This document shows, piece after piece, positions 38,776 to 51,579 of a DNA stretch of 64,000 bases (the stretch's first letter is position 1; each line of letters begins with the position of its first letter). The stretch comes from Macrostomum lignano. Its lineage: Eukaryota. The DNA lies in contig NIVC01000716.1 in NCBI GenBank assembly GCA_002269645.1, forward strand, positions 83,426 through 147,425. Reading direction: 5' to 3'. The notes under the pieces are model-generated. The model ran no database searches and had not been told where the DNA came from. It saw only the letters and a program-made list of their open reading frames with translations. The position numbers were made by a program, and so were the translations under genes.

Positions 38776-40450
38776 ATACAGTAAAGAACTGTATTACGAG
38801 CAGGAGCCATTCCGTGCAACTCTACTGTCAATCATCGCACAAGCATGACCTTCTTTGCTTATTTTGAGTGGACAGGAAGAGAAGGCGGGGGAGGGCGAGA
38901 AGGAGTCGAGAGTGAGAACGATAGTCACGTGATTTTCCGAATCGACTGGCTGCTCAGCCCCGGTTCCCAGCGGAGAATTTTATGGCTTTTTTTATTCCAG
39001 AGCTGTTTAATCAGCCGGCACCCGCAATGCACCGGTCCGCAGCTAAACTGACAGCAGATGGTTGGACAGCCGAGCAGGCAAACATGGCCTCACCAATGTG
39101 GCCCTTAAAATAAGCTGCTCACTGAGTCCCTTTGACATTGATGTGCTTTTCTGCAGTTCTCTGTGGTATCAGGCCGGTGGTCAGCCAGTCTCCGCATGGG
39201 TGGCCCCCTTGTGTCAGACTGACTGCCAGTCAGAAGCGAAAAGTACTGACATGTACATGTAGATACACGCAAATTTATGTACCAGCTATAGTGAAAACAT
39301 TACTTTTTGTGTGGTTCACTGTTTCTTGCGGTGTTACATAGCGAAATGGTCTCAAGCTTATCTTGGAATCTCTTTGACTGCCCGACTTGCTTCATTATGA
39401 TTTATTGCCGTGTGGGAGCAACTCTGTGAGCCCTGCTCGCACAGAGCCCAATAGCAAACTCGAAACTCGTCAAGCGCGATTACAATTTAAACAAGAATTT
39501 GCTCAATAGGCGTGTAAATATGCTATAAACCTCTGACACTTTTGCGCTCATCCAACCAGATTGGCGGCAAAGGCGGCAGTAAATATTATACAGTGATGGC
39601 AGACATCTCGCACAAATTCACAGTCGATAAAGCTCTTCAATGCGCCATTCTCTCCGCCTCTCCCGCATGCATGGATTGCGGGCTTGTCTCAATGCGGGGT
39701 CTTAGATTGCATGGCCAAGGAGTGCGTATTTCATTGGCCTGCGTGCGGGGGGCGAGTTCAATACAGATAGATTTATACTGTATTCAACAACTAGCACGGC
39801 CTTGCAACCCTGTAATAGCAACAGTTGGCTCAGTTCGAAAGAAGACTGCTTAGTGTAGGCAGTGGGCAGGAGTGAGGGGTGGCCTTGTGTTACTTATTGC
39901 TGCACAGGCAAAGCTCGATATCACTACGTGTTTCGGGGCGTAGTGGCAAAATACTACATGGTATTGTATAAGGCTTGCTCTCTCCACCTCCCCCCACAGC
40001 TGTACATTCTCCTGTGCCCCCTTGATCGCGCCAAAATGACAGACCACAGCGCGACAAGCTCTGTAGCTCTGCCTCTTGTCTCCAGTGCCGCTCGCTCCAG
40101 CTATATAATAATGCGGGTCTTCGCGTCGACGCAGCTCAGCTGGTCCTGGCGGTGTAACGCTACAGCGAACCCACCCTCCCCATTTTTCTATTGCGGCAAT
40201 ATTCTCTATTTTAAAGAAGCAACTCTTCTTGTAGGTGGGTTAGTTCAAATTCTTCTCGCACGGTCTGAGTAAATATCAGCATAAAAGTTGCCAGAGTTAC
40301 AGGCTTATAAATAGCCACTGTTTGTACTGCAAAGCTTTATACCGGCGAATATCTTAGTGCAAAAAGCGTTTGCACAAGCCTTTTCAGTTGTAACAATTAC
40401 GAAACTAATAGACTTTGAGAAGTTTAATTCTTATTCTCAAACTTTTCCTC

Positions 40451-40463
40451 ATGGAGGATTTTT
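40451..40463 (+). CDS. Candidate alternative first coding micro-exon C of PKA-C (MEDF)
   Basis: ATGGAGGATTTTT|gtaagt, phase 1; upstream acceptor ccttttcag ending at 40387. Short, so chance occurrence is possible. Confidence 0.38.
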
Positions 40464-42789
40464 GTAAGTGCTTTCAATTTATTAAATTTTAACTAGGCTA
40501 TATACATTAACATGTATGTTTACATGTACAATGTCCATATGTACATGTACTGCACACAAAGATTTGAAGAAGTAGCGCCGCTGCATGTGTCATGTAAATT
40601 GAATTATCTCTTACAGGATAATAATTAAATGAACAGGCACAAATTCGATTGTCTGCAAAAATATCACTTAGGAGTCGATTTATTATAGGTCATCAATAAA
40701 TCTACTAGTCCTTTTCAGAGCCTACCCACCAGTATATGCAATCCTTTTACAGAATAAATCCTCTATTCTCTCACTCACTCTCTCTCTCTCTAATCAAAAT
40801 TTCCTTTTCATGGCACAGACAGAGTCAGGGGCCCAGTAAACACATGGAACTAAAAAATCGTAATGTGCTACAGAAGAGAATGTTTTCGAGCACTTTAGTG
40901 TCATTTGGCTGTGCATCTATTCTTCTTCTGTTAAAAATTTACAGACGTGCTAGATTTTTGCTTTCGATTTTCTCCCTATCATTTTAGAACCTAAGAATTT
41001 CTACAAGGAAGACCCATTTCGTTGAAATATTCGCTTTTGTTCACAGCTATTTTATAGGGAAAATGTACACGGAATCCAGAACAAAGCATTTCTTCAATTT
41101 CCGTAGCACAATTTAACGGTTTCCATGGTTCCGCAATAACGACACTAAGAGCGGACTTGATATTGATTTTCCAAGAACAACTTGACAACACTTCATCTAA
41201 AAAATCTCACAAAATTTGGCTTATAAGTGTGGATTTGCTTTAATCGTTCTTATTTGATTAAAAACAAATCTAATAAAAGTATGAATCTTTTCAAAAATAA
41301 GTTTAGTAACGCTCCTAGTAAGAAGAACGACCCATCAGATGGTATGTTTTACTGTTGTAAGATTTTTACAAAGGCCAATGCTCCATAGCCACTTAAAATT
41401 AAAAACTATTTGTCTTGATAATCACATAATTTAGGCCTGTCTATTAGCAGAAAAGGTAATACTAGAACATTTATTAACCACATAGAATTGTAATCTAAAC
41501 TAATGCTTTATAATCAAAGTTCCCATTTTTAAATAAACTTGGAATAGATTCATAGTAAAAATGAATTAACAGCAGAAAATTTACATAACAAAATTTACAT
41601 AATAAAATAATGTCAAAATTGTACCATACACACAGATACACAAATGGAATTTTAATTTTTATACATAGAGACATAAAAGTAAAAAAATCTAATAATTTAA
41701 TAAAAATATTTTTTTTTTAAGATTAAAAAACTATTTTTCAGTTTAATTATTAATTCTACTTTCTGAATACATATATTAGAACATATGCTAGGTTTTTTAA
41801 GGTTGGAAATCCAGTTGCTAGCTAGCCTTTTAGGACTCAAAATCTAGTTGCCAATGGCTATTTTTGGTTGCCCATTGGCAACTAGCCAAATCTTAAGGAT
41901 AGATATTTCCAAGGTTGTTTGAAAAGTAAAAATTTGTTTTCTTAGTTCTAAGATTTCTATCTATGCTGCAAACAATAACAAACTAAACAATTCCATCATA
42001 TTGATTCATATGGCACTTAATATATTTACAAAATCATTTTTAAACTAGCAAGCAACTAGTATAGGAATAATGAAGTTGTCATATTGGCCTCTGAGGCCAA
42101 AAATCCAGTTGCCAATGAGATTTTCAAGGGGTCAAAAAACCCCATATGGCTCAAAAGACCTAGAAATATGAATATAACTATTTTGAATAGATTTTAAAAA
42201 TAATTTTTTGATTGATTTTATCAATTATATCAACTTCAAGTTCTAAGATCATATTAATACTAGAGATTTTAGACATTTAAGCTATAGAAAATAGATTTGG
42301 CTATACTATATAATTGAATAATAAAATAAATAAGATAATTCAAAATTTGTTCTTATAAAGAATATATTAATAAAACAATTTATTTTCAATAGAAATAAAC
42401 TTGGAATATTTTAGAGAAATCTATCCACTATAGATAATTTTAGATCAATTGAAAGTTCTTTAATATAGTATTATGATATAATTATATAGACTTATTGGAA
42501 TATCCTATATTTAGTAGATTGTATCTAGTATCAATATGCCAAAAAGAATTAGATTAGCATAGGCATAGATATACATATGATTTAAATTGGTTTCATAAAC
42601 ATTCAAGCAAGGAATCTATTGATCAATAGGTAGAAAGCCAAAGTATAGTAATAAAAAATAGTCAAAAATAGTTTAAAAAATTATAAAATACACCAGAAAA
42701 TTTAATATACAAAACAGTAAAACAAAACAGTTATTTATATTGCTTCTTCCTTAAATTTTTCATAATGACTACCAAAACTTCTTCACACT

Positions 42790-45725
42790 GACTGCACTGC
42801 CAATAGTCACCCATCACTCCCTGACACTGACTGCCAGTAGTCACCTATCACTCCCTGACACTGACTGCCAATAGTCACCCATCACCCCTGACTCTGACTG
42901 CCAGTAGTCACCTATCACTCCCTGACACTGACTGCCAGTAGTCACCCATCACTCCCTGACACTGACTGCCAGTAGTCACCTATCACTCCCTGACACTGAC
43001 TGCCAGTAGTCACCTATCACTCCCTGACACTGACTGCCAATAGTCCCATCACTCCCTGACTCTGACTGCTAGTCACCTATCACTCCCTGACACTGACTGC
43101 CAATAGTTCCATCACTCCCTGACTCTGACTGCCAGTAGTCACCTATCACTCCCTGACACTGACTGCCAGTAGTCACCTATCACTCCCTGACACTGACTGC
43201 CAATAGTCACCCATCACCCCTGACACTGACTGCTAGTCACCTATCACTCCCTGACACTGACTGCTAGTCACCTATCACTCCCTGACACTGACTGCCAGTA
43301 GTCACCCATCACTCCCTGACTCTGACTGCTAGTCACCTATCACTCCCTGACACTGACTGCCAATAGTTCCATCACTCCCTGACTCTGACTGCCAGTAGTC
43401 ACCTATCACTCCCTGACACTGACTGCCAGTAGTCACCTATCACTCCCTGACACTGACTGCCAATAGTTCCATCACTCCCTGACTCTGACTGCCAGTAGTC
43501 ACCTATCACTCCCTGACTCTGACTGCCAATAGTCCCATCACTCCCTGACTCTGACTGCTAGTCACCTATCACTCCCTGACACTGACTGCCAATAGTCACC
43601 CATCACACCCTGACTCTGACTGCCAGTAGTCACCCATCACTCCCTGACTCTGACTGCCAATAGTCACCCATCACTCCCTGACTCTGACTGCCAGTAGTCA
43701 CCTATCACTCCCTGACACTGACTGCCAATAGTCACCTATCACTCCCTGACACTGACTGCCAGTAGTCACCCATCACTTCCTGACTCTGACTGCCAGTAGT
43801 CACCTATCACTCCCTGACACTGACTGCCAATAGTCACCTATCACTCCCTGACACTGACTGCCAATAGTCACCCATCACTCCCTGACTCTGACTGCCAGTA
43901 GTCACCTATCACTCCCTGACACTGACTGCCAATAGTCACCCATCACTCCCTGACACTGACTGCCAGTAGTCACCCATCACTCCCTGACTCTGACTGCCAG
44001 TAGTCACCCATCACTCCCTGACACTGACTGCCAGTAGTCACCCATCACTCCCTGACTCTGACTGCCAGTAGTCACCTATCACTCCCTGACACTGACTGCC
44101 AATAGTCACCTATCACTCCCTGACACTAACTGCGAATAGTCACCCATCACTCCCTGACTCTGACTGCCAGTAGTCACCCATCACTCCCTGACTCTGACTG
44201 CCAATAGTCACCCATCACTCCCTGACACTGACTGCCAGTAGTCACCCATCACTCCCTGACACTGACTGCCAGTAGTCACCCATCACTCCCTGACACTGAC
44301 TGCCAGTAGTCCCCCATCACTCCCTGACACTGACTGCCAGTAGTCACCCATCACTCCCTGACTCTGACTGCCAATAGTCACCCATCACTCCCTGACACTG
44401 ACTGCCAGTAGTCACCCATCACTCCCTGACACTGACTGCCAGTAGTCACCTATCACTCCCTGACACTGACTGCCAATAGTCACCCATCACTCCCTGACAC
44501 TGACTGCCAGTAGTCACCTATCACTCCCTGACACTGACTGCCAATAGTCACCCATCACACCCTGACTCTGACTGCCAGTAGTCACCCATCACTCCCTGAC
44601 TCTGACTGCCAGTAGTCACCCATCACTCCCTGACTCTGACTTCCAGTAGTCACCCATCACTCCCTGACACTGACTGCCAGTAGTCACCCATCACTCCCTG
44701 ACACTGACTGCCAGTAGTCACCCATCACTCCTGACACTGACTGCTAGTCACCTATCACTCCCTGACACTGACTGCCAGTAGTCACCCATCACTCCCTGAC
44801 TCTGACTGCTAGTCACCTATCACTCCCTGACACTGACTGCCAGTAGTCACCCATCACTCCCTGACACTGACTGCCAGTAGTCACCCATCACTCCCTGACA
44901 CTGACTGCCAATAGTCCCATCACTCCCTGACACTGACTGCCAGTAGTCACCCATCACTCCCTGACACTGACTGCCAGTAGTCACCCATCACTCCCTGACT
45001 CTGACTGCCAATAGTCACCCATCATTCCCTGACACTGACTGCCAGTACTCACCCATCACTCCTGACACTGACTGCCAGTAGTCACCCATCACCCCTGACT
45101 CTGACTGCCAGTAGTCACCTATCACTCCCTGACTCTGACTGCCAGTAGTCACCCATCACTCCCTGACACTGACTGCCAGTAGTCACCCATCACTCCTGAC
45201 ACTGACTGCTAGTCACCTATCACTCCCTGACACTGACTGCCAGTAGTCACCCATCACTCCCTGACTCTGACTGCTAGTCACCTATCACTCCTTGACTCTG
45301 ACTGCCAGTAGTCACCCATCACTCCCTGACACTGACTGCCAGTAGTCACCCATCACTCCCTGACTCTGACTGCCAATAGTCACCCATCACTCCCTGACAC
45401 TGACTGCCAGTAGTCACCCATCACTCCCTGACACTGACTGCCAATAGTCACCCATCACTCTCTGACTCTGACTGCCAATAGTCACCCATCACTCCCTGAC
45501 ACTGACTGCCAGTAGTCACCCATCACTCCCTGACACTGACTGCCAGTAGTCACCCATCACTCCCTGACACTGACTGCCAGTACTCACCCATCACTCCTGA
45601 CACTGACTGCCAGTAGTCACCCATCACCCCTGACACTGACTGAAAGTAGTCACCCATCACTCCCTGACATTGACTGCCAGTAGTCAGCCATCACTCCTGA
45701 CACTGACTGCTAGTCACCTATCACT
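42790..45725. repeat. 34-bp intronic minisatellite (CTGACTGCCAGTAGTCACCCATCACTCCCTGACA)n, about 87 copies
   Basis: Read directly. Confidence 0.97.
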
Positions 45726-45784
45726 CCCATTACTGCTGCTGTGCCACCCGCTAACCCTCTTTGTCCCCACCTTCCCAATGCCAG

Positions 45785-45975
45785 TCAAAAACTTCCTCGA
45801 GGAGGCCAAGAAGGACTTCCAGGAGAAATGGGACCGGCCGGCCCAGAACACGGCCCAGCTGGAATTCTTCGAGCGGATCCGCACCCTGGGCACCGGCAGC
45901 TTCGGCCGGGTGATGCTGGTGCAGCACAAGGAGAAGAAGGATTTCTACGCTATGAAGATTCTCGACAAGCAGAAG
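45785..45975 (+). CDS. PRKACA: cAMP-dependent protein kinase catalytic subunit, exon with A-helix, Gly-rich loop and VAIK Lys
   Basis: ccag|[74 protein letters not shown]; ends AAG|gcgagt. Confidence 0.96.
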
Positions 45976-45999
45976 GCGAGTGTTTTGAACTTTTCTCCA

Positions 46000-46405
46000 G
46001 AATCGCCCCAACCCACAGCTGGGAATCGCCCCAACCCACAGCTGAGAATCGCCCCAATCCACAGCTGAGAATCGCCACAAACCACAGCTGAGAATCGCCA
46101 CAAACCACAGCTGAGAATCGCCACAAACCACAGCTGAGAATCGCCCCAACCCACAGCTGAGAATCGCCCCAATCCACAGCTGAGAATCGCCACAAACCAC
46201 AGCTGAGAATCGCCCCAAACCACAGCTGAGAATCGCCACAAACCACAGCTGAGAATCGCCCCAAACCACAGCTGAGAATCGCCCCAATCCACAGCTGAGA
46301 ATCGCCACAAACCACAGCTGAGAATCGCCCCAAACCACAGCTGAGAATCGCCCCAAACCACAGCTGGAAAGCGCCACAAACCACAGCTGAGAATCGCCCC
46401 AATCC
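46000..46405. repeat. 23-bp intronic minisatellite (CACAGCTGAGAATCGCCCCAAAC)n
   Basis: About 17 copies read directly. Confidence 0.95.
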
Positions 46406-46842
46406 AGAGCTTTGAATCTCAGTCGCTCTGAAAACTATGCCATAACCTCTAAAGGTTACAGTGCTAGACTCATCCAGACAAAATTTTCTATTTTAGCTAA
46501 ATTAATAACATTATTGTCTGAGCATTTGACTGACAGTTGAAGTTTGTCCATAGCAAACACAGCCAGCCGTTAACGAGTGACACAGTAGATAATTGGAAGG
46601 CGTGTTTCGGGCCCGTTTCAAGTGACTTGATTGACAGCTCTTCATTATTCTCGATCTCTAAGTCTTGATTGTGTTGACTGTTTTCCAGACTCTCTTAATT
46701 TGATGAAGCAAATTTGAGCTGGGACTTTTGGGAGACTGGGCTGACGCCAAAGACTGTGGGCCGCCAATTTCTTTTAGTAGGCTTAGCAATTTGTTTAATC
46801 CGCTTTCACTAATTCCCTTCCTTTGTCCGCGCCCTGTTCCAG

Positions 46843-46941
46843 GTTGTCAAGCTGAAGCAGGTCGAGCACACGCTCAACGAGAAGCGAATCCTGCAGGCCA
46901 TCAGCTTTCCGTTTCTAGTCAGGCTGGACTACCACTTCAAG
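46843..46941 (+). CDS. PRKACA: PKA-C exon ([33 protein letters not shown]), 99 nt
   Basis: gttccag|GTT ... AAG|gtgagc; near-identical to the PKA-C B/C-helix region. Confidence 0.97.
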
Positions 46942-47039
46942 GTGAGCTGCAGGCATCTCTGCCGACTTCGTCTGCGCTGCATTCGCCACCTCTGACATCG
47001 GCTGGGCCACCCTCCTAGACCCTCAGATAATCAAGTAAG

Positions 47040-49135
47040 GAGGAAGTCAGCCTCCCCGATCCTCAGACTGAGCAGTCAGCTTCCCAGATCCTAAGGTTGA
47101 GCAGTCAGCTTCCCAGATCCTCAGACTGAGCAGTTAGCTTCCCCGATCCTCAGACTGAGCAGTCAGCTTCCCAGATCCTAAGGTTGAGCAGTCAGCTTCC
47201 CAGATCCTCAGACTGAGCAGTTAGCTTCCCCGATCCTAAGGTTGAGCAGTCAGCTTCCCAGATCCTCAGACTGAGCAGTTAGCTTCCCCGATCCTAAGGT
47301 TGAGCAGTCAGCCTCCCAGATCCTCAGACTGAGCAGTTAGCTTCCCAGGTCTTAAGGTTGAGCAGTCAGCTTCCCAGGTTCTCAGGTTGAGCAGTCAGCC
47401 CCCCAGATTCTCAGATTGAGCAGTCAGCCCCCCAGGTTCTCAGGTTGAGCAGTCAGCCCCCAGATTCTCAGATTGAGCAGTCAGCTTCTCAGGTTGAGCA
47501 GTCAGCCCCCAGATTCTCAGATTGAGCAGTCAGCTTCCCAGGTTCTCAGGTTGAGCAGTCAGCCCCCCAGATTCTCAGATTGAGCAGTCAGCTTCTCAGG
47601 TTGAGCAGTCAGCCCCTCAGATTCTCAGATTGAGCAGTCAGCTTCCCAGGTTCTCAGGTTGAGCAGTCAGCCCCCAGATTCTCAGATTGAGCAGTCAGCT
47701 TCTCAGGTTGAGCAGTCAGCCCCTCAGATTCTCAGATTGAGCAGTCAGCTTCCCAGGTTCTCAGGTTGAGCAGTCAGCCCCCCAGATTCTCAGATTGAGC
47801 AGTCAGCTTCTCAGGTTGAGCAGTCAGCCCCCAGATTCTCAGATTGAGCAGTCAGCTTCTCAGGTTCTCAGGTTGAGCAGTCAGCCCCCAGATTCTCAGA
47901 TTGAGCAGTCAGCTTCCCAGGTTCTCAGGTTGAGCAGTCAGCCCACCAGATTCTCAGATTGAGCAGTCAGCTTCCCAGGTTCTCAGGTTGAGTAGTCAGC
48001 CCACCAGATTCTCAGATTGAGCAGTCAGCTTCCCAGGTTCTCAGGTTGAGCAGTCAGCTTCCCAGATCCTCAGACTGAGCAGTTAGCTTCCCCGATCCTA
48101 AGGTTGAGCAGTCAGCTTCCCAGATCCTCAGACTGAGCAGTTAGCTTCCCCGATCCTAAGGTTGAGCAGTCAGCCTCCCAGATCCTCAGACTGAGCAGTT
48201 AGCTTCCCAGGTCTTAAGGTTGAGCAGTCAGCTTCCCAGGTTCTCAGGTTGAGCAGTCAGCCCCCCAGATTCTCAGATTGAGCAGTCAGCTTCCCAGGTT
48301 CTCAGGTTGAGCAGTCAGCCCCCCAGATTCTCAGATTGAGCAGTCAGCTTCTCAGGTTGAGCAGTCAGCCCCTCAGATTCTCAGATTGAGCAGTCAGCTT
48401 CCCAGGTTCTCAGGTTGAGCAGTCAGCCCCCCAGATTCTCAGATTGAGCAGTCAGCTTCTCAGGTTGAGCAGTCAGCCCCTCAGATTCTCAGATTGAGCA
48501 GTCAGCTTCCCAGGTTCCCAGGTTGAGCAGTCAGCCCCCCAGATTCTCAGATTGAGCAGTCAGCTTCTCAGGTTGAGCAGTCAGCCCCTCAGATTCTCAG
48601 ATTGAGCAGTCAGCTTCCCAGGTTCTCAGGTTGAGCAGTCAGCCCCCCAGATTCTCAGATTGAGCAGTCAGCTTCTCAGGTTGAGCAGTCAGCCCCCCAG
48701 ATTCTCAGATTGAGCAGTCAGCTTCTCAGGTTCTCAGGTTGAGCAGTCAGCCCCCAGATTCTCAGATTGAGCAGTCAGCTTCCCAGGTTCTCAGGTTGAG
48801 CAGTCAGCCCACCAGATTCTCAGATTGAGCAGTCAGCTTCCCAGGTTCTCAGGTTGAGTAGTCAGCCCACCAGATTCTCAGATTGAGCAGTCAGCTTCCC
48901 AGGTTCTCAGGTTGAGCAGTCAGCGGCCCCCAGATTCTCAGGTTGAGCAGTCAGCCCACCAGATTCTCAGATTGAGCAGTCAGCTTCCCAGGTTCTCAGG
49001 TTGAGCAGTCAGCTTTCCAGATCCTCAGATCAAAATTTTCAGGTCAATCAGACTAAGCAGTCAGCTTCCCAGATTCTCAGACTGAGCAGTTAGTCAGCTT
49101 GAGCAGTCAGTCAGCTTGAGCAGTCAGCTTCCCAG
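47040..49135. repeat. About 29-bp intronic minisatellite (TGAGCAGTCAGCTTCCCAGGTTCTCAGGT variants) with higher-order duplications
   Basis: Read directly; blocks such as 47090-47400 recur near 48050-48260. Confidence 0.95.
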
Positions 49136-49815
49136 AGGCAGCCGCGCACCGAATCGAACCAGAAGTCGTGGTGCGAGAGTCAGACGCGTTTGCCGCTGAG
49201 CTGCTCTGCCCCCGACTGCGCACAGCCACCCTCCCTGATTCTCAGATCAGATCTGTCTTCAGATCTTCAGAGTATCCCAGTGGCTGCTGTCAGGCAGGTC
49301 CCCGCTAGCAGGGGGCTGCGGGCAGGGTGGGTGCTACAGCGGGAGAGGCCGGCCGGCCTGCCGGACTGCCTGAGAAGTTCTGTCTCTAATTATGCCGGGG
49401 AGAGCGGCAGAGCTTCTCCTGCTCGGGGCAATAAATTGCTCCTGGGTCTATAATTGCCGTCCCGATCGGCCCGTTATGGCGGCAATTTTCTCCCCCATCA
49501 TTAATTAGTACCCGGGGGCTGCCTTAGCGGCCACTAATCAATGCACTTTTGTAGGCCCCGTCCCGAGCTCAGGTGAGGCAGGGGAGAGTTCTCAGCGCTT
49601 CTCCCTGCTCATCTTTTCTTTTTGAGCGGGGGATTATTTTGCTGCTTCGGAGAGCACATTCCTGTCTCACGGCTTCCTCTTCTGAGGAGGAAGAGACGGC
49701 TGGAGCACCTCGGGTCATCTGCCTGTTTTATCTGATGTTTCTCAGCAGCTTGTTAAAGCTGTGCGTATTTGGCCATCCCGCTAATCCCATGCCGCCCCCG
49801 CTGAAATCCCCTCAG

Positions 49816-49898
49816 GACAACAGCAACCTCTACATGGTGCTGGAGTTTGTCAACGGCGGAGAGATGTTCTCCCACCTGCGCCGCATCGGCAGGTTCAG
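49816..49898 (+). CDS. PRKACA: PKA-C exon ([27 protein letters not shown]), 83 nt
   Basis: ccctcag|GAC ... TTCAG|gtgagc; phase 2. Confidence 0.97.
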
Positions 49899-49989
49899 GT
49901 GAGCGACTGGCCGGTCTCCGATTGCTCACTGGGTCACGTGACTATTGCATGCATGCCATTCAGCCACAGGGTGTAGCGTGCCTTCTCCT

Positions 49990-50560
49990 GTCTGTACACA
50001 TGTTCCCAACCTGACTGTACACATGTTCCCAACCTGACTGTACACATGTCCCCAACCTGACTGTACACATGTCCCCAACCTGACTGTACACATGTCCCCA
50101 ACCTGACTGTACACATGTCCCCAACCTGACTGTAGACATGTCCCCAACCTGACTGTACACATGTCCCCAACCTGACTGTAGACATGTCCCCAACCTGACT
50201 GTAGACATGTCCCTAACCTGACTGTAGACATGTCCCCAACCTGACTGTAGACATGTCCCTAACCTGACTGTAGACATGTCCCCAACCTGACTGTAGACAT
50301 GTCCCCAACCTGACTGTACACATGTCCCCAACCACATGTCCCCAACCTGACTGTAGACATGTCCCCAACCTGACTGTAGACATGTCCCCAACCTGACTGT
50401 AGACATGTCCCCAACCTGACTGTACACATGTCCCCAACCTGACTGTACACATGTCCCAAACCTGACTGTACACATGTCCCCAACCTGACTGTACACATGT
50501 CCCCAACCATCCTGTACACATGTCCCCAAATACATGTCCCCAACCATCCTGTACACATGT
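49990..50560. repeat. 23-bp intronic minisatellite (CCCAACCTGACTGTACACATGTC)n
   Basis: About 24 copies read directly. Confidence 0.95.
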
Positions 50561-50688
50561 TTCGTATTGCTTCATTGCTTCGTACAAGTCTGCTAGTGTA
50601 GAATATTAATTTAGTTGCCAAGAATTTGGGCCCCTGAGCTGCCTGCGCTCTCCAAGCCAGCATTTCGAAACTGATTGGTGAATTCCAG

Positions 50689-50815
50689 CGAGCCAGTAAC
50701 CAGACTGTACGGAGCCCAGGTCACCCTGGCGTTCGAGTATTTGCACAGCCTAGACCTGATTTACCGGGATCTGAAGCCTGAGAATATCCTCATTGCTGGC
50801 GACGGATTCCTGAAG
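50689..50815 (+). CDS. PRKACA: PKA-C mutually exclusive exon A ([43 protein letters not shown]), 127 nt
   Basis: aattccag|C GAG ... AAG|gtaatc; intact YRDLKPEN; phases 2/0 fit both flanking exons. Confidence 0.9.
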
Positions 50816-51170
50816 GTAATCTGGCCGCCCGCCAGTCCGGCGGCTCAGCGCCAAGATGAAGCCGCAGTTATCGGATCAATAGCAGCAATTCAATAGCATT
50901 AATAAGCCATAACTGAACTGTTTGAAGTGGCAAGAGGGCTGGCCCAGTCTCGCTTGGCATGATTGCGTACATGTTTATTTCTAGGTTTGACCACTTTGTT
51001 AACTTTACTCATTTATTTATTGAGCATTTCTATTTTTAATATCCGCGTGCGGCTTTATGACTCAGCTAACAGGCGAATCCCTGCTTTGCCCTGCCGCTTT
51101 ACCTGCACCGCAACTGCTGCAGTATTGGATGCTAATTCTTAATCCTTCACTTCCTCCCCCGCGATAACAG

Positions 51171-51297
51171 CGAGCCCCATTCGAGGTTCTATGGCAGCCA
51201 GATTGTGCTCGGCTTTGAGTACCTGCACAGCTTGGACCTCATCTACCGGGATTTGAAGCCTGAGAATCTGCTGATTGATAGCACTGGCTACATCAAA
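51171..51297 (+). CDS. PRKACA: PKA-C mutually exclusive exon B ([43 protein letters not shown]), 127 nt
   Basis: gataacag|C GAG ... AAA|gtaaga; same length and phases as exon A; closer to the canonical PKA-C sequence. Confidence 0.93.
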
Positions 51298-51579
51298 GTA
51301 AGACTTCGCAGCCCTGCTCAGCGTCCGTGTTGTCTGCGGCCGCCGTGTTGTGTTGTTCTTTGCTATGCGAGACATTGTCCGCCCTTCAGCGGGCAGGGCA
51401 GCTAGTCAGCTTAAATGTGCTGAATTCGTTACTACAAGTATTCACCATGCGCAACGCACGATGTTTAAATCCTGCTATTAGTTTGTAGTTATCCATGTTT
51501 TTCTAATCTTCTTAATCTACAGTCACTGCGCCCCCTCTGTTTTGCAGCTCTCTTTAATCCTGAAATTGCCTTATCCCGA

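Noticed and set aside
40060-40170. YIAGASGTG resembling a P-loop
   Set aside because: It lacks the GK[ST] lysine and has no Walker B or helicase context.
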